A DNA stretch of 64,000 bases, from contig CAJINV010000010.1 in assembly GCA_905178155.1 (NCBI GenBank), positions 186,001-250,000 on the forward strand, written 5' to 3'. Within the stretch, counting starts at the first letter, position 1. The number at the start of each line of letters is the position of its first letter. The notes beneath the pieces were generated by a model. That model was not told the origin of the DNA, made no database searches, and was given only the letters and a program-made list of their open reading frames with translations. A program made the translations under genes and the position numbers. Shown here piece by piece: positions 61,701 to 64,000 of the stretch. This DNA comes from Amoebophrya sp. A120. Its lineage: Eukaryota > Protista > Dinoflagellata.

Positions 61701-64000
61701 GTGCCTGTACGTCCGCGATCTTGAAAAATATGGGAGAGAGTGTCAGGATCGAAATCGTCAAAGTTGAGAAGATAACTTGTAATGCATAAAATGCATGACG
61801 CGAAGTGCGTGTGTTGCAGAGCAGGCAAGTGAGGCTGATTGTAAGCCTGTTTGGGGTTAGAGCTCGGGCTGCTAAAGTAGCATGAGAACATCGGTCTTCT
61901 TTGCATAAACAGCATGACAAACTGGATTTAGGCACCACCAACATTTGTCATGCGCCACTTGCAAACTGGGTTTCAACTGGCATCCAATTTATGCATGACA
62001 AATCATTTCAACTTTTACTTTACCGATTTCGAAGATCCTGACACATCCATAAAAAATTCCTTCGCGTTAATGGTCTCCGGGATTGCCACGTGTTCCACCT
62101 TGGGAGGCAGCGGTGGTGGCGGTGGTATCAAAATGCAAAAGTGTCTGGGTCAGGAAGATTCTGAGACCTGTCTTCATGCATACTTTGCATGACACAGGAT
62201 GTCTGTAGCGCACGACCCAGCATCACAAACTTTTAGAGGTCTTCCTGATGCCTACTCCGCATGACAAACGCCCTCCCCGCGTAGCACAAACTAGACACCT
62301 CTTGCTGGTCATGCAATGCAATTTTCTTTAGAGTCCAAAGCTAGCATCACAAGTTCCAACCTTCCAGACCCAGACATTTTTGCATTTGATAGGTGGTTCG
62401 TCTTGCTCGGAGGAAGGGGGTATCCTGTGCAAAACAAGTATCGCGCTCGTAGTAATCGCAGTTATGCATTACAAATCTTAATCTAGTTGGTTAGGTAAAT
62501 CCGCATTACAAATTTAATTTGTAATGCTGAGGCAATTTGTATTGCGAGTTGTACTAGTGCGATGCTTTTGCAGTGCATAGGGGGTGAAAGCATAGGTGGC
62601 GGCGGGGGCACATCCACATCGGGTATGGAGGCTTTTGCAGGCGGGAGGTCCGGCTCCGACGGCGTTGAGGGGGGAGCGCTACTTGGGGGCTTGAACTTAT
62701 GGGAGTGTCAGGATTGAAATCGACAAAGTTGAAATAAGAATAACTTGTAATGCATAAAATGCAGCCCACAAAGAAAGTGCCTGTCTTGCAGAGTAGGCAG
62801 GTGAGGCAGATTGCAAGCCTGTTGAGGGGCAGAAACTGAGCTGCTAAAGTAACATGACAAGAGGCGGCTTCCTGACCCAAACAGCATGACAGACTGGATT
62901 TCGGTTCTACCCAAATTTGTCATGCGCCACTTGCAAACTGGGTCACAACTTTCATCCATTTTATGCATCGCAAGCTATTTCAACTTTGTCGATTTCAATC
63001 CTGACACATCCATAGGACTTCACCTTCTCTTTTTTCGGCTTCTCTTCCTTTGCGACCGAGGGTATTTTCGGCTGCTCCTTGTACTCGCCGTCCGACGAAG
63101 TTGGATCCTTGGCGGGTTCTATCCTGAGTAAAAACGTCCCCACACCAGAGTCAGGATGGGGATTTTGCAACACAAACCTAGGAGCTTTGGGAATCACGCA
63201 TGACAAGTTGCGCTCCGCATTGTAGGGCAGGTTAGCAAGTGCAGCCGCATCACAGATTCATCTGCTCATCCTGTTTACAGCATCACAAATTCCAAAACAC
63301 GATTAGAAATGGCACTCATGGGGATGCTCATTACAAGTCTTCGTGTCTTTGCAAATCTGCATCACAACTCTGGGGTGGGGACGTTTTTACTCAGGATAGG
63401 TTCTTCCGCTTTTTCATCCTCCTCGTCGCTCTTGCAACAGCAGCAGAGCAACAGGAGCAACAACAGCAGCAGCACCAAGGCCAACAAAGGCCAGAGCCAG
63501 CAGCGGCATCGTACAAAAAAAGTGCTTCACTGTGATGATTTTGCAAGATCTGCGTCACAAGATTGTTACAGCACATGACACAGAAAATTTGCCACGCGCG
63601 CTTCCCAAGTGAAAACACGCTTAAAAATCCTATGTCTTGCATGTGTAGCAAGACAAACAGTGTTGCGTTCCACTTCCTGCATCGCAAGTTCACGTATGAA
63701 ACACTTTTTTCTTGCGATAAGGGAAAGCACTCCTCCAGGTCAAATCCGCCTTCGTCCGGAGAGACGGTTAGGAGGTCGCTCGATCCATTCGCGTATGCAT
63801 TGCAAATATCATGTCTGGGTCCGGAATAAAACGTGAACTTGTGATGCGGGTTGTGGTCTTACGTTAAATGAATCTGTGTTGGTGTTGCATGACCAACAAA
63901 CGCGCAGCGTTCTTTTTCCCCATGCAAAAACGCCGTTTTTCATGCGGACCACGCACTATGCGACAGAGGTGCAAGAACTTGTCATGCTTGGCTGCATCGT
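58768..64000 (-). CDS. 3' part of a single-pass membrane protein gene split by 15 introners; 5' end outside the window
   Basis: About 417 codons recovered as one stop-free ORF: TM CWLWPLLALVLLLLLLLLLCCCCK, Pro-rich segment, ending KSTASNK*. Exons are about 24-183 nt. Confidence 0.85.
58925..59117. mobile_element. Introner family F-like (193 bp)
   Basis: TATCCACAGTAAATT end shared with the 47430 element; DR TCCCC/TCCCG. Confidence 0.75.
59165..59422. mobile_element. Introner family C (258 bp)
   Basis: DR TCGTT. Confidence 0.88.
59523..59827. mobile_element. Introner family B-like (305 bp, orientation 1)
   Basis: TIR core GGAAATCCTCAAAGTG; DR TGCCC/TGCCT. Confidence 0.85.
59927..60188. mobile_element. 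Introner family C (262 bp)
   Basis: DR CCGAG. Confidence 0.9.
60377..60638. mobile_element. Introner family C (262 bp)
   Basis: Long perfect TIR TATCAAATGTAAAAATGTCTGGGTCTGGAAGA; DR GCATG. Confidence 0.92.
60675..60988. mobile_element. Introner family B (314 bp, orientation 2)
   Basis: DR GTTGC. Confidence 0.9.
61056..61339. mobile_element. Introner family C (284 bp)
   Basis: DR CCAGG. Confidence 0.88.
61395..61657. mobile_element. Introner family C (263 bp)
   Basis: DR GTCAG/GTTAG. Confidence 0.88.
61729..62051. mobile_element. Introner family B (323 bp, orientation 2)
   Basis: DR AAAAA. Confidence 0.88.
62126..62391. mobile_element. Introner family C (266 bp)
   Basis: DR GGTGG. Confidence 0.9.
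62421..62579. mobile_element. Introner family A (159 bp)
   Basis: DR GGGGG. Confidence 0.88.
62698..63014. mobile_element. Introner family B (317 bp, orientation 2)
   Basis: DR GAACT/GGACT. Confidence 0.9.
63120..63398. mobile_element. Introner family D (279 bp)
   Basis: TIR TATCCTGAGTAAAAACGTCCCCAC.CCAGAGT; DR GGTTC. Confidence 0.92.
63507..63719. mobile_element. Degenerate introner (213 bp)
   Basis: IR ATCG.A.AAAAAAGTG.TTCA; DR AGCGG/AGGGA. Confidence 0.75.
63794..64000. mobile_element. Introner family C-like, truncated by the window edge
   Basis: TATGCATTGCAAATATCATGTCTGGGTCCGG. Confidence 0.75.

Noticed and set aside
9495-63206. Recurring peptides [21 protein letters not shown] and FVMRHLQTG as a protein repeat family
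   Set aside because: They are translations of introner TIRs and interiors, not exons.

Overview
Eukaryotic nuclear DNA with a 100-N gap at 17405-17504. The gene and intron architecture best fits a syndinian/dinoflagellate parasite such as Amoebophrya (inferred, not searched). All eight host genes lie on the minus strand: a multipass membrane protein, PSMD5, a bacterial PyrBI-type aspartate carbamoyltransferase, a PPR protein, and four secreted or single-pass membrane proteins, one with PAN/apple-like domains. The dominant feature is about 41 non-canonical, transposon-like introns (introners) of several families. Nearly all run TAT...ATA with terminal inverted repeats (TIRs) and a 5-bp flanking direct repeat (DR), lack GT-AG, and occur in either orientation. 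Removing the element plus 5 nt restored the frame at every complete junction I traced by hand, except one 2-kb member with an 8-bp duplication that needs +8 nt; at a few degenerate junctions the frame itself was used to place the ends. Only two canonical GT-AG introns were found. The first 8.7 kb holds a degenerate Ty1/copia element, itself carrying an element of the same architecture, flanked by two arrays of a conserved ~40-bp core repeat separated by unrelated spacers. The 9.7-kb duplication (7720-17404 vs 17505-27189) is probably an assembly artefact. Coordinates and splice models were read by eye and need RNA-seq confirmation.
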